The translations under genes and the position numbers were made by a program. Positions 35,189 through 48,645 of a DNA stretch of 64,000 nucleotides are shown here, piece after piece. Origin of the DNA: Zancudomyces culisetae HAW-14-8 (Eukaryota > Fungi > Kickxellomycota); contig JBNJNM010000013.1 of NCBI GenBank assembly GCA_052426225.1, positions 682,001 through 746,000 of the forward strand, given 5' to 3'. Under the pieces are notes generated by a model. That model searched no databases. It was given only the letters and a program-made list of their open reading frames with translations, and had not been told where the DNA came from. Position 1 is the stretch's first letter; each line of letters opens with the position of its first letter.

Positions 35189-37168
35189 TTATCTAGATGG
35201 GTTGCCTCGTCTGATATCATGGAAATACGGATCTATGAATGAGCGTTAGATGGCATCAATTGACTTTGTTCGAGTGATAAAATTTCAGTAAAACTGCTTT
35301 TTCTGTTAAAAAGCGCGAGATATTCAAAAAAAAATATGATACTTACGCCGCAGTGCTTCCTCTGCTGAAATCCGTTTCTCAGGAATATATGCCAAAAGTT
35401 TTTCAAATAAATCGATGCCCTTGGAGTCAAGTTTTGGTAGTAATGGCTCCAAACATATTCGCGAATAAATTGGAAAATCGTGTTTCCATTCGGGAAGCTT
35501 CGAAACGTCGGGCCATGCTCTGGGATCATTGCTGTAATCCTCGATAGACTGATCCAGCCTTGTGATATCTTGATCGTCAATTTTACTTTGCAAGGTCTCA
35601 TTTTTATTGTCTTCGCCCACGTTTTCGTTATGCTCGATACCTTCGTCGAGTACTGCTGCGTCATTTCTCAACGTATCTGTAACAGTAGGTAATCTGTTGG
35701 TTGAGTCCATACTCAATTTTCTGCTGGGTAGCAGATTAATATCAATAGGTGTACCCAAGACCTTAAATATTTTCAAAAGCTGGTCAGCGACTGAATTCCC
35801 AGGGAAAAGAGGCCTTCCAGTAACCATTTCCGCAAAAATACAGCCCACAGACCATATGTCAATCTCTGGTCCATATTTTCGAGATCCCAGCAATACATCC
35901 GGCGCTCTATACCAGAGTGTAACTACTTCGTGTGAGTATGATCGGACTGGGATTCCATACGCCCTTGCAAGCCCAAAGTCGCCCAGTTTAAGTTCACCTT
36001 TCTATTGAGTAGATGTTAACACGAGAATAAGCAAAATAACAAAGCAGCCAGTCAGCCAATGTTTCTAAATGGGTTGGTGGTTCCAATAAATAATATTGAA
36101 TATACCTTGCTAATCAAAAGGTTTTGCGGTTTCAGATCGCGGTGCAAAACTCTGTTTCTATGAGAATACTCGACACCACACAAGAGCTGGTACATAAAGT
36201 TCTAGATACAAAAAATGATAAGATTAGTTAGGTTTGAACGTAATAGCATTACGAAAAAAGCACTTATTTCCATATTTTACATATAGGTAAGTAAATTAAT
36301 AAAGAAATATGAGTCTAACCTTAATTGTGATAACATCCAAATCACCACCACAAGAATCTATGTATTTTTTGAGATCGGAGTCCAAGTAATCAAATACCAA
36401 TGTTAATTTTTTTTCCGTGTGAAGGACATCTTGAAGTCTACACGGTTATAGTATGTATATTATGTCAGATCTTATAGCACCCTTTCCATAATTATTAATC
36501 TGGTAGTTATTTAATACCTATGATTGCATTGGGAAATATAAATTCATAAATAAACCAAATTACGCTACGTACCCGACTATATTTGGATGTTTAAGCTCTT
36601 TCAGTAGCGATATCTCACGTATTGCCGTGCATGGGACCTAAATTAGCGATTCAAAAGTATGTTCAAGCCTTTTATTTACTCCTCGATTTGGAAATAGACA
36701 AAGACCCAAAATGGTAGCAATTCTAAAATCGTTTTTGTAGCAAATATTACCCCTTCTTCTTCACTGTCTAGCCTTATTCGTTTTAATGCCACAATTTCGT
36801 TTGTCTCTTTATTTTGAGCCTTGTAGACTATCCCATATGACCCTATTTGTATATTCATTCATTTATTTATGCCATCATTACTACTGGGCTTGTATTCGAT
36901 TGCTTCATTGTTTTATCGTTTTTTCCATAAAGAGAATATGTTTGATAATTGTTCAAAATGATCATTCCGCAATGTGTGATCAACAAATGTCAGACAAAAT
37001 ATTTACCCTCTCCTAGCTTCTCTATTTTCTAGTATTCACGAACAAGATTAATTTTCAACTTTTTTCCATAATTTACAAGCCATTCTTGCATACCATTCAC
37101 CAAAAAGAGTAAACAATAAAAGATATGAAATTGAATGATAAATGAATGAGTACCTGATAGTTCTCCAT
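35189..37168 (-). CDS. Cyclin-dependent kinase, CDK5/Pho85-like with PCTAIRE helix, multi-exon
   Basis: Exons splice to MENYQ|KIEKLGEG|SYGIVYKA...[13 protein letters not shown]|[17 protein letters not shown]...[10 protein letters not shown]...[10 protein letters not shown]...[14 protein letters not shown]...[17 protein letters not shown] at 37168, stop at 35189-35191. Confidence 0.93.
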
Positions 37169-38287
37169 ATATCTGTATATCGAATTTGCTTTTATTTCTT
37201 TTTTATGCTGATGTTTACAGGTCTTGTTTGCTTATTCAAGTTTCGATGTATCTGGCCTTTTGTTAATATTTTTTTATAAGGAAGCCAAAAAAACGCCAGG
37301 AGTTTTAGGGAACATAATTTTATACGTTGCAGCAATTTAATTTCGATTGGTATAGGCCCCAGCCAATTCTGCTATACCCAATATAAAACTCAAGAATTGG
37401 GCAGACCTTTCACCCATTTCATGAACTACTAAAATTTGGGGGGGGGGGCAACGAATTAACAACTCGTGCTTGCTAGTTCCGCACAAGACACTGATATTTT
37501 TGTGTACCTTGACATAAAAACGAACATTCACAACACTATGGCACTTTGGAGACTACAATTCTGTTTTTAGTGGCTTTCCAGCTTATTTTGCCTTTCGATT
37601 TACCACCACCCCTTTACTAAAGAAAAGTGATAAAGTCTACAAAAGCACAACAGTAATCTTATCTTAGCCCCGAAGAATCGAGCTAATAAGTGGCATATTT
37701 GATCATATAATTTCGATTAACTCTTTATTATTGTACCCTTCTTTTTAATAAGTGTTCTTTTCGCAACTACCTTTTTGTGTTATTTTTATACTCTTTTGGC
37801 GGGTTTGTGAGATTGTTAGTGCTACACCAATGTTCTCTTCAAAGAATGTTGAGTCTGAATGTGAATATAAACATAAACATAAACATAAGTATGTAAAATA
37901 CGAGCTGACCACGCAGTATTTACTTTGGGTAAAACATTAGATAATTACCTGTTTTTGAATTGTCGTTTTCTTGGTAATTTTCGTTTATTTTACACAAATC
38001 GTGTGCAAATACAGTGCACTTTTACTAATTTTAACATCTTACTCTTTTAAAGCAACCCAAAAAATAGTCTCAAATATAATATTCTATTAGTTTTGAAAAA
38101 ACGTCTTTATACTTCAAATAGGAAGCTAAATCTACAGTGAGGCATAAACTTACACAAAAGTGAGAAAAAACACTAGAAACTCGATTGTCACATAAGAGTG
38201 TGATTTGGTGGTAAAAATGTTCGATTTTCAAGATCCATGGGGTGATTCTACCGTTGAACCCGTTCAACTTAATTATCCTTCAAGAGC

Positions 38288-41233
38288 ATGTCTGGGTAAT
38301 TTGAATTTCTACCATAGTAAATATTAGTGACGGTATAAGGAAAAGAAAGATTGCTAACTATATAATAAATACGTAATGCGCACTAATATAGATGATGTAG
38401 TGCTACCACCAATGTACGATAAAGCATATATTGCTGCTAGCGGCAACGATGGCTCGGTGATGAGGGAGGATTTGGTAAAGTTATTAAATAAAGCAGAACT
38501 TTCTGTACTTACACTGGAAGAGGTATTTTGATTTTAATATTTTAACTTATCTGTTCAAATTAATGGTTCAGCAGGTGATTTGTCCACTTTTTTTCCCCCA
38601 AAAGAATGGTGTAAAAAAAAGATAAAAGGGTAAAATTACTAACGTATTTCATAAAACCGGAAATAGATATTAATATTGGCAGTACCGGAAAGATCTGGTC
38701 CTGTTTCTCGACAAAGCTTTAACCTAGCTTTGGCACTCATATCGCTTGCTCAACGTGGTATAGGTTGGTGTTATTATTTCATTTTTTCTTGGTGCATTTT
38801 TTTATGTCTCCTAGCATCAAATTATTTATACTAACAAAAAAATATTATGTTTTAACGGTAGAACCCAGCCTTATATCACTCGAAGCAAATAAAAGATGTA
38901 AGATAGCAAAAGTATACTCAGCACGCTTGTTAAACGCTGTTTTTAAAACTCGTTAAACTCATAAAATGCATTTTTTCATTTGAAAGCAATCGAACCACTA
39001 CATATGGACACACATACCCAACTATTGATTTACATAACCCTTTTATAGCACTCACAGAGCCTGTGTTTTATGACTTTGATGAAGAGGAATTCAGAACCCA
39101 ACAGCCCGATGCTGACAAACCATCACTCATTGGGAATGAAGAATCATCCATAAATGATTCTTGGGGAGGCAAGGAGGGTAAAGGTGCGAGGTCTCGAGAG
39201 AGCTTTTCAAAAAAATCGGTAGACAACAGAGATAGAAAGTTTTCCACAGGAACAGTCAAGACCGAAGAGTCCGAGTCTAGAAGATCGGTAGAGGAGAATT
39301 TGAGTGAAATACTTTCAAAGCTCAAACTTGTTGATGGAGATGATCTTAGTCAATTTGCACTAGAAGAGGATCCGATTGATGTGGTTGAATCTGCAGAACG
39401 TGGAGGTGTTGTTTTTAAACACATCAACTATGATATCACTACAAAGGTTAGTCTAGCACTTTTGAAAATATTACATGCACCAATCTAAAAAACTTGTCTG
39501 TTGAATAAACATATATAGGAAACTCAAGCAAAGGTGGTTAGGAGGTATAATGATTTCTTCTACCTATCAACCTATCTTGGCAAAAAATACTTTTTCCGAA
39601 TGCTCCCGCTGATTCCACCCAAGGGATTTCCAGGTAATTTTATCCAGACTTTTATTTTCCCTTTTTTTTAAACTGAATTTTTAATATGTTGTGCGGACGA
39701 AAATACCATGTGGCTTTTCTAGCATACATAGTCAATGTATAGTCCCTTTTTGAGCACAAACTTAATACGATAAAACAAAAGACATTTTTCTACTGAAAAA
39801 AAAAAGTTTGTGGAATTACTGATTTATAGTCGACAGGAAATTTTTAGACAATAGACTAGAGGGCCTAAATAGATTTGCCAATGCAATATACAGAATACCA
39901 TACTTGAAAAATGATGCTGTTGTCAAAATGTTTTTTACAGATAAAGCGGTAAATAGAATTATATTGACTTGCATTTATATCATACAAAGTACCATCGCTT
40001 CTGGATTTATATTCAACTGGTATATTTTATTGTTTTTGAGTTTAATCAACTGTTTTGATTATTAGGATTTAAATCGAGAGTTGAAGAACTATTCCTATGA
40101 CACTAAAGTGGAGGAGCTAGATTTAAATGTGTTGGCATCAGGTATTTCCTACAAGCAATTCGAGCTCTTTTTTGCTGATCTCGATAAGGTGTACGCATCT
40201 GTGCTAAAGGATTTAGATAGCTTAAGGGTTCAAGCAATTGCTTTGGAGAGGGTGTCACGATATACGAGTCTGATTGGAGACGAAATCTTAACGCTTAGCG
40301 AGGGTCTAAGGTAAGTTATTCTTTTTTTCTTTTTTGCTCTCTCTAGCCAAATATACAAAAAGGAATATGGTTTGCCTCTGTATTCCCATTTCTATTGACT
40401 TTTTTTTTTGTTAAGTGTGCCGTTTATTTAATTTTCGCTTTTTTACTACATTCAAACAATTACAGGCCATCAAACGTGCCACACGAGGAAAGTGAAATGG
40501 TTTCACTAACCCTACAGCCTCGAGCTGCAGATAAGAAACTAAATCGATGCCTCGGTGAACTTTCGTTAAGTTTGAGTGACATATCCTTGCTGGATAAATC
40601 AATGGTAATACATTTTCCACTTGTCTCGTGGTTTCAAGGAAACAAGGTTAATTCATTATTTTGTTTTTATTCATCATGTTCAAAATTCTGTGACTGGTTT
40701 ATACATAGAGTCAAATGATCAACTCAGGGGCTATTTCATTGGCAAGAAGATTGATTAGGGCTATGTTTACAATGAAGGTATGGTATTTTCATATGATTTT
40801 TTCCGAGTTATTGACTCTAATAATTCATTAACCACTTTATTGTTTCCGCTGTTAGGCTCTTATTGACCGGCTAAAAACCTATGATCGATCTTCTGAGGCG
40901 AAAAAAGTTGAGGAGAGGCTTATTGGATACAAACAGCAGCTTCATGCCCTAACAGAGGCAAATTCTAGCGATTCATCCCAAATCAACAAAGTTACGAAGC
41001 TCTTAAACGCAGAAAAATCAAGTATTTTTGAAATCCAATATGAAGAACGATTGATGAAAATTATGTTTTTCCATGAACATGAAAGGTACAGAAGGTACAA
41101 AGCCTTCTACTACAAGATATACAACAGGTTGGTTGGTGATTTTGTAAAACACCACACACTAATGCTAAATGCCTGGAAGCAGTCCGCTACTCCTGCTTCC
41201 TTCATTCCAAGCGACCCCGAGGACTTTTCTTGA
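38288..41233 (+). CDS. MVP1: Sorting nexin Mvp1/SNX8-like (EH-like N-terminus, PX, BAR), multi-exon
   Basis: PX motifs GGVVFKHINY, VVRRYNDF.YL..YL.KKYFFRMLPLIPPK and FLDNRLEGLNRF.N. N-terminal FNLALALISLAQ. Helical C-terminus. Start codon inferred from splicing. Confidence 0.78.
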
Positions 41234-41553
41234 ATTTTATACTCTTCTCTATTTGTCCAGTGTTTTTCTTTCTTCCTTTTTACACTACTTGTTGCCTATC
41301 ATCATCACCATTTTTATGATTTTTTCAAGTTAGAATTCTAATAATTTATATGAATATACTCGTAATGCAAATGAAACATAAGGAGGTTCTGATTGGCCAA
41401 AATTCCAAGTGCAACCTTTGCGATTTGGCTTTTGGCTTTTGGCTTTCGCTTTTTGGTTTTTGGTTTTTGATTTTATGTTGCTCATAACTCGAAAGTTCAG
41501 CCGAACACTTGGAACAAATATAATACCCAAAGATATACTATTATCATAGCAAC

Positions 41554-43255
41554 ATGGAGGATGAATCCAGTTCGTTTTTTTTTCTAGATCCGACCACAGT
41601 ACAGGAAGCTGAACAAAATCTAAAGAGAAAATATCAATTTCAATCAGCATTTGTTGAAGAGTAAGTTCCATTTAGTGACGCCTTTTATTTTATTTTTGAC
41701 AATGAACCTTGAACATCAAGTAAAAAGGAAAAAGAAGGGGGAGGGGAGAAGGGAAAATCAAGCATAATTATTTTCTTCTTTGTTTTTAGACAAACCAAAA
41801 ACACAAATACAAATGAAAACGCCTCGATATCGGCACAAATCGACACGAAAAAACCTAAAATGTAAGTTGAATTAGTTTGCTAGATCTGGTAAAGATGAGA
41901 AGAATGTCTTTATGATAACAGTAAAATTGGCTTAGAGTGGTTAAACTGCTAGAACCCAAAATCATATCTAAAAAATCATATTTTATATCAAATAGAATAA
42001 ACCCATTACTACCCTTTCGTCTGGATACACCCGAACAGATTGCAGAATGGATACGGCAACGAAGGAAGAATTATCCTCGGTCCAAAGAACCTATTTCTGA
42101 ACCTGTAAGTGAACTTGTGTTAATATGTGTCTTTGGTTTTTGGTTCTAAACTATGAGCCTGCTACCAATTGTCCTTGTAGTATTCTTCATCACCTTAAAC
42201 TTACTTTATTGTGGCTACTTCAGATAAAGTAGTATACAAAAACATCAAGTATATTTATTACTAGTTTTTGTTTTTTGTACTTTTCTAGGTGCATGATCCA
42301 TTGGGCCTACTTGCCGATTATAACTCCGATATGGATTCAGGTACGAACCACCGCTTATTGAAATGTTTGAATATGTTATTATTGGCCTTCGTATGTGATA
42401 CTAACCTTTTTTTCAAATTCTTTGCTAAGTAGATGATAGCGAACCTGAAACCCCTGTTATACTTTCAAGCAAACCTGGAAAGCCCAACATAGCAAAGGTT
42501 AATAGAAGATCCACACCAAAGTCTTTTAAAAATAGCTTGATTGGCAACCCTGGTTCTAGATCTGACTCGCCTTTGAACTCGGACACCGATTCCATCTCTA
42601 GTTCTAGTTCTGATTCCGATTCAGACTCTGCTTCCGGTTCTGAATCTGTGTACGAGTCAGAAGTTGATTTGGACTTGGATGCTGGATCCGACGCATCACC
42701 TCCAGATGTGTTGCCTGCGACCAGGGCTCCAGAATTACAACCTAACACCAGTAATATTATCTGTAAATACTTTAAACTGGGAAGATGTAACAAAGGAGCT
42801 AAATGTAGATTCCTTCATCCAAAGGTAAACCGCAAAACTGCTTTTTCATTTTATCATATTTGATATTTTACCTCCGTTTTATTTTTGGCTATGAGCCAAC
42901 TCATGACGTTTTGGTGTTAAATTAGGATTTGGTTAGAACAAACAAACAAAAACCGACCGAAATGGGGACCAAGAAGGCGCAAGAATCCAAACCGCTTGGA
43001 TTATTAGAGCATGTAATGGTTTTTGTTATTATTTTATAAGTATGGATGATTGTGAGATATGTTTAGGTGATAGTGGTGATAGTGGTGATAGTGGTGATAG
43101 TGGTGATAGTGGTGGAGGGTCAATGAATAAAATGAGGGTGTTAACGTCCAAATTATTATTTTCTATAGCTCCTCCAAAGAGATATTAAAACCGAAAACAC
43201 TAGAATTCTGCAGTGCCTAGACTACATCTACAATAAAAACTTTTTCTCTGTTTAA
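41554..43255 (+). CDS. NUFIP1/Rsa1-like snoRNP assembly protein with CCCH zinc finger, multi-exon
   Basis: LDTPEQIAEWIRQRRKNYP (NUFIP1 motif), LGLLADYNSD, CCCH finger CKYFKLGRCNKGAKCRFLH and C-terminal LLQRDIKTENTRILQCLDYIYNKNFF. Confidence 0.8.
43066..43113 (+). repeat. Intronic 9-mer tandem repeat (GGTGATAGT)x5
   Basis: Directly visible perfect repeats inside the last intron of the NUFIP1-like gene. Confidence 0.9.
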
Positions 43256-43658
43256 AAAGGCTTAATTCTTTTTTCCTATAGAGTGATATATACTTCCCTT
43301 GTCTTTTTTGCTTGGTTTTTTATATTACAATGGCCATTTTATGTGTAAATATCAAATATATTGTAGCTCTGTATTTTCTTTGCACTCAAACATGCCTTCC
43401 TTACTCTTCTCCTCATGCCTCCCCCAGAAAAAAAAAATTTTTTTTGGTTTACAAATCAAATCAGCCTTGCAAAATGGATCCATAGGCTGTATTTCGAGTT
43501 GAAAGTGAGGCACTCACTGGGAGGCAAAAAATTAACATTTTAGTTCTAATCAACCTTGCAAATTATTTAAAATCATTTTTTTTGCTTCTTTATCTAGATA
43601 TATTTACCAATAACATTAAAAATATAAACAACAATACGCGAATCGCGGAGGAAAAACG

Positions 43659-44687
43659 ATGTCATTTATACACAAAAGCGTTTTGAAGGGCATTAGTCCG
43701 ATAGCATACAGATACGTACGACCCCTGAAGCCAGAAACCCTGATTCAGAATTGGAATGTTGTCAGAGGTGATCAGGTATGTAAATTCGTCCTTCCAATTC
43801 TAAATACATTATTTACGGCACATTTTCTCGAAATACGTGTTGTTAATCGAAAAAATCTTTATTTCGCAACAATTCTGGAAGCAATGAAATTTCTATTGTT
43901 CCAAACTTGAAGGATAATTGTTTTTAGAAGCATTGGTGATCTAATTCGATTCTAAATAAACATTAGGTACAAATAATTACTGGCAAAGACAAGGGAAAAC
44001 AAGGAAGAGTAGTTTCAGTACAAAGAGACCGAAATACAATAATAGTCGAAAATATCAATTTGGTAAGTCTCGTATACCCGTTAAAACACTGAAAATTACA
44101 CCTTTGTAAGGCACATCCCTTCATCAGCACGGGTTGCCAAGTACGTAGCTATTTAAGGTTCATTTGTTAATTACTTGGGATCTCAATAAATTGTATAGGC
44201 TAAAAAACGCGTGCTGAAAACCCCACAAACACCAAATGGAATAGCAATGAAGGAAATGCCTGTCCATGTTTCCAATGTAATGCTTGTAGATCCCTCGAAT
44301 GGGCTCCCAACTAAAGTTAAAGTCAAGGCATACTATGATCCGGAGTCGGGAAAAAAAGAACATCGACGCTATGCAGTCGGCTCGGGGTCTTACATTGCAA
44401 AACCAAAGTATCTCGAGTATCAAAATGCCTGGGTTGGTAAGTTATTCGCTTTTTTTTTCTTGTTTACCCTACTTGCCATTTTATTCATAAAAGACATATA
44501 GTTTTTTCAAAGCTACAACAATAAGTTTATTAACCTTGGGTTTTATCTCTGATGGCGTATAGACGGTGAAAAGGATACCGAACCAGACGATGTTACTCAA
44601 GTCACATACAAATCGGCTTTGGGGCAACGACCAATGCCATCGGACGTTTTAAAAGAGATTGCTAATAGAAGGGGACATGTATTCTGA
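43659..44687 (+). CDS. Mitochondrial ribosomal protein uL24m, 4 exons
   Basis: KOW motif WNVVRGDQ|VQIITGKDKGKQG.V, then KEMPVHVSNVMLVDP, PTKV, and W.DGEKDT..DDV..VTY. Confidence 0.9.
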
Positions 44688-44979
44688 TTAGATAGAGTAT
44701 GAATGCTTTTTGTGGACTATTTACGATCCTTGCATTTTATCCTTTATATACCTATCTATCATTTCTTATTTATTTAATTTTGTAGATCTTTCTTTATATG
44801 ACTTTTGATGCTTCGCGCAAAATAAAACCATCACATAAAAAACCAAAAAAGCACTTATATAACAGGTGAAAAGTTGTAGTTTCTAGGAGGAGTTATGGTA
44901 ATACATGGCTGTAAAAAAAATAAAATTAAACAAAATTCAGCAATATCCTGGATTTTCATTTCCTTCTCATAATACTATG

Positions 44980-46440
44980 TTAAATCAAGTATTCAACAAC
45001 TTGAACTTTTGGATATCTCTGCTTCAAGTACGACCATTGCACAATAAACTTATCGGCAACGTGGTACAAAATCTTTCCAGTTAGCGATAGGGTTTTAACC
45101 CGGGCAAAGGACTCGATATACACAATCTCTACATGATGGAGCGCAAAAAGCTATTTATACAAATATATGACATTGTAGTAGTTTTCAGAGGTTGTGTTTG
45201 CTAAGCCCGTGTTTCTTCGGTTTATTTAAATCCAGCCAATGGTAAATATTGAAACAGAGGATGGGTGTAATGGATAACAAAAAGCAAAAATCACACATGA
45301 ACTTACTCTAAGCAGTATCGAAGTGAACGCTACCGGAACGCAAATAGATGGTCCGTTACATAGTAACTAATGGATATAGGTGAAGAAAATCGAGTTTAAT
45401 TTTATTTTTTACAACACTGGAAGTATAGCCCTAGCGATGCTTCCCCCCCCCCCCCCCCCATTCCTCCACCCACCTTGAGTGATTGTTTTTAGGTCAACAT
45501 TCAGAAAATATCAAGACTTTATACCAAAAAAAAAGTAGAGGAATTGCATCACAGCATTTATGAACTCTGAAAAAAAGACCTTTTGAAAATCAAATCATAA
45601 AGTTTGGGGGTTCACACACAGCTATAGGTGAAGGATTATGAACAAGTAAATATTAACAGGTACTTAACTGTATCGGGCCATGCTTTTATCACAGCAACAA
45701 AGCAATAAAGTAGGCTGTATAGTGTAGTGAATATCGAGGTAAAGTAGGATTGGCCGACTTTTCTTGGTCGTGGTACTATTACTGGTATGGTCTATTAGTT
45801 ATTGTCGTTACAACCACATTTTTTTTGCGGTTGTAATAGACATAAAATGTTAATATTACACAGTTAATACTATGTTTAATTATATATGACCCAAAGTTTT
45901 GTATTTGTGCTAGATAACAAGAATAGGAAAATCAAAAGGGTAAACAGCAATACCTTGTATTTATCTTTTACAAGTTGCAGGCTTATTTCGTCCCCCTGGT
46001 TTATAATGAAGGTCATAGATTCGAATTGATCCAACTCCGTGATATTTTCCAACATCATTGACATTTCTGCTGTATGACCACCTATTTATAGAGTAGTTTT
46101 TATTTTTTTGTATTAGCGGATTCTCTCTTGATAATTAGCTTCATTCGTTTTCGTGATTGTAATTCAGATTTTATACTTTTGTTAAAAACGTAAATAAATA
46201 ACAGAGCTCTACTAGTATAAGAGAAAACTGGTAAAGCTAAGAAAATAAAGAAACTATACTTATGCCAGGTATAGTTCTTTACTTACCTGATCCAAGGACG
46301 ACCATCAGCTTCTTTTTCGACATTTTATAATATCCATCTCTATTTTTTCGCAGCCTATCTTTTACTATTGGTAGTATCAAATACAATAAGATTATAAGAA
46401 GCAGTACTATCAGGAAAAACATCCAAAAAGAACAAAACAT
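44980..46440 (-). CDS. ALG14: UDP-GlcNAc transferase subunit Alg14, 5 exons
   Basis: Exons splice to M(FCSFWM)FFLIVLLLIILLYLIL...LMVVLGS|GGHTAEM...|PRPRKVGQSYFTS..TTL...PDT|LLCNGPSICVP|...IVYIESFARVKTLSLTGKILY..ADKFIVQW...LI*. N-terminal TM helix present. Start at 46440 or 46422. Confidence 0.93.
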
Positions 46441-46818
46441 TTTCTGAAATTAACATTTCAAGTCACTGTAGTGCAAGTATTGTAATTATTGCTAAACTAT
46501 ATAGCTAATGTATACTGAAGTGGTTAATGGTCGGATATTTGCTGAGTTTGAGATGAGAATCTACCATACAAAATCGGTAGTTGCAAACTCTGTTTTCTAT
46601 TGGTACATATCCTGCACCAAAGATATACAATAAAAAAGTTGAACAATGGAGCAATAAAGCAACAAAGTAATAGGTTGATGGAAAAAAAACGAAAAAAAAA
46701 CACAATTTATTTAACCTATCCGACATAATCTAAATCTATAATGAATGAATGCGTATTCAAGTAAATCTATCATAATATAAGATATCACAATGATATACTC
46801 CAAGACATTGTAGACAAA

Positions 46819-47260
46819 ATGGATGACTGTAAAACCGTTGACGATGTTATCGAGCTTGTAGAAAGTTGCAAAATCACAACCTTCGGTAATACAAACAAAA
46901 AAAATGCTGTTAAACGAACAGTTAAATCTGAGTATACATGCACACGTAGAACTAAAAATGGGAGTGTGTGTCACGCTCCAAAGACCAATACAGTAAGCTG
47001 TTGGTCTCATATGACCGCTGACGAAAAAGATTTGCATAAATCGGTGAAGAAGGTCTCCGCGACCGCTGTAGAGAACACACACATCAAAAGTAGCAGCAAA
47101 GAGGCGTTACGTGAGCTGAACGATCTAGCAAATGAATAGCTCGATTAGAGCAAGAGCTACTACAGCTAAGGCTGTACTCAGCTTCCTTACGGTTGTTAAC
47201 CTCATCTCCTATGGTCGATTCATCCTTTGGTCGGACAGAGCATCCACAATGCGAGCGATG
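46819..47260 (+). pseudogene. Decayed zinc-finger (C-x3-TK-x-G-x2-C-x9-C-x2-H) plus coiled-coil ORF of unknown, possibly viral or mobile origin
   Basis: CTRRTKNGSVCHAPKTNTVSCWSH motif. The stop at 47137-47139 interrupts a coiled coil that continues in a shifted frame (ARLEQELLQLR). Confidence 0.45.
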
Positions 47261-48162
47261 AGGCTCTGTCTATAGAGAATAGCCAAGCCAATAAATAGTT
47301 GATATAGTTTTTCGTTTATTTCTTTCCTTTTAACCTATATTGAGTGTAGTGTATTAATTTAGTTTAGAGAATTTGGGGACAGGAATAATTTGCTTTTATA
47401 TAGGAAATGAGTTAAATCACATTGAAAATATTTTTTTATTTATGAAACATAAAATGTTTTTTTCCATGAATCTGACAAAAAAAAACACAAACAAATTAAA
47501 GCTTGGGAAAAAATTAGAATTAATTGGGATGAAATTCTAACTACATCAAAAATCAAACACTGATAAAAAATTCCAAAATTTATATGGCAACAGAAATTTG
47601 AAGTATCTTCAGAGCACGCACAGAAGCTGCCCTACCAAATAAAATTTTATCGAGCTACCAGCTCTTTAAACGCTGGACTAAATACATCAACTTCAATTAT
47701 TCAGAAAAAAGTTCCATGACAGAGGAGATTCAATGATTTGAATTCGAACCTGGATGATGTACATGGTACCCCACCCAGACCATAATTGACACCCTATCTC
47801 CTCTAAATATAATTTAACAAAAAAAAAAAATTCAAACAATTATTTACATATTTATATATGAATACAAAAGATATCAACCATGTCGATGCCACGTGAACAA
47901 AGGAAAACGCTCGAGAATATAATTAGCACTTTAGATTATAAACACAAAGACAGTTTTTTTTTTCTAGAGTAACTGTTTTATATTCTGTTTACCTACAAAC
48001 TAAATAAACACAAAAAAATTTAAAAAAATAAAAAAATAATAGGTCCGTGGTGTAAAAAAAAACACAATAGATTTGTGCGCAGATACAGACACAGATACTT
48101 ATATAGATCAAAGATGACACTAGTCTGTGGTATATACTACACACAACAGGATATTTCGCTAA

Positions 48163-48190
48163 ATCAAGTATCAAGTATCAAGTATCAAGC
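48163..48190 (+). repeat. (ATCAAGT)x4 minisatellite
   Basis: Directly visible; the last copy is imperfect. Confidence 0.85.
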
Positions 48191-48645
48191 ATCTGTGATT
48201 TTACCTAGAAACGCCTTAGCCTGACCAGTTGGTTGTTGTGCATCGTTTATTAGTTAATATATCATAGTTGATAATAATGTCACCAACTGCTAATTACCAA
48301 CACATTACTTTATTTCACTATGTTCTATACAGCTGTATTTTTTTTTATGGTGCATGTGTGGTATTTATTGATTTGAAGACATGCTTTTTTGACGCTTGGC
48401 AAATACACAAAGCAGTTGGATCGCAATTTATTGGTTTTGGCGGTGATTTTCTGTAGTCTCAAGAAAATAATACAATAGTAGCCTAGTTGAATTGGAATGG
48501 AAGCAAAGTCACACCACTTAAACGCCATCCTACGAATTATTTTTTTTTCATGCAAAAAGCACATACAGTATATCTGCTGGTATATGCGCAAAAGACAATC
48601 TAGTATAGCATACGAACCAAGTGACATGTTAGTCATATCGTTTTG

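Noticed and set aside
43066-43113. Tandem repeats considered as CRISPR-like or telomeric arrays
   Set aside because: No spacers, an intronic location and few copies. These are ordinary minisatellites in a eukaryotic genome.
47725-47812. Minus-strand GGTTCGAAT (tRNA T-loop/B-box-like) with GAGAT...ATCTC ends
   Set aside because: The T-stem and anticodon arm do not pair, so there is no cloverleaf and no Sec (TCA) anticodon.
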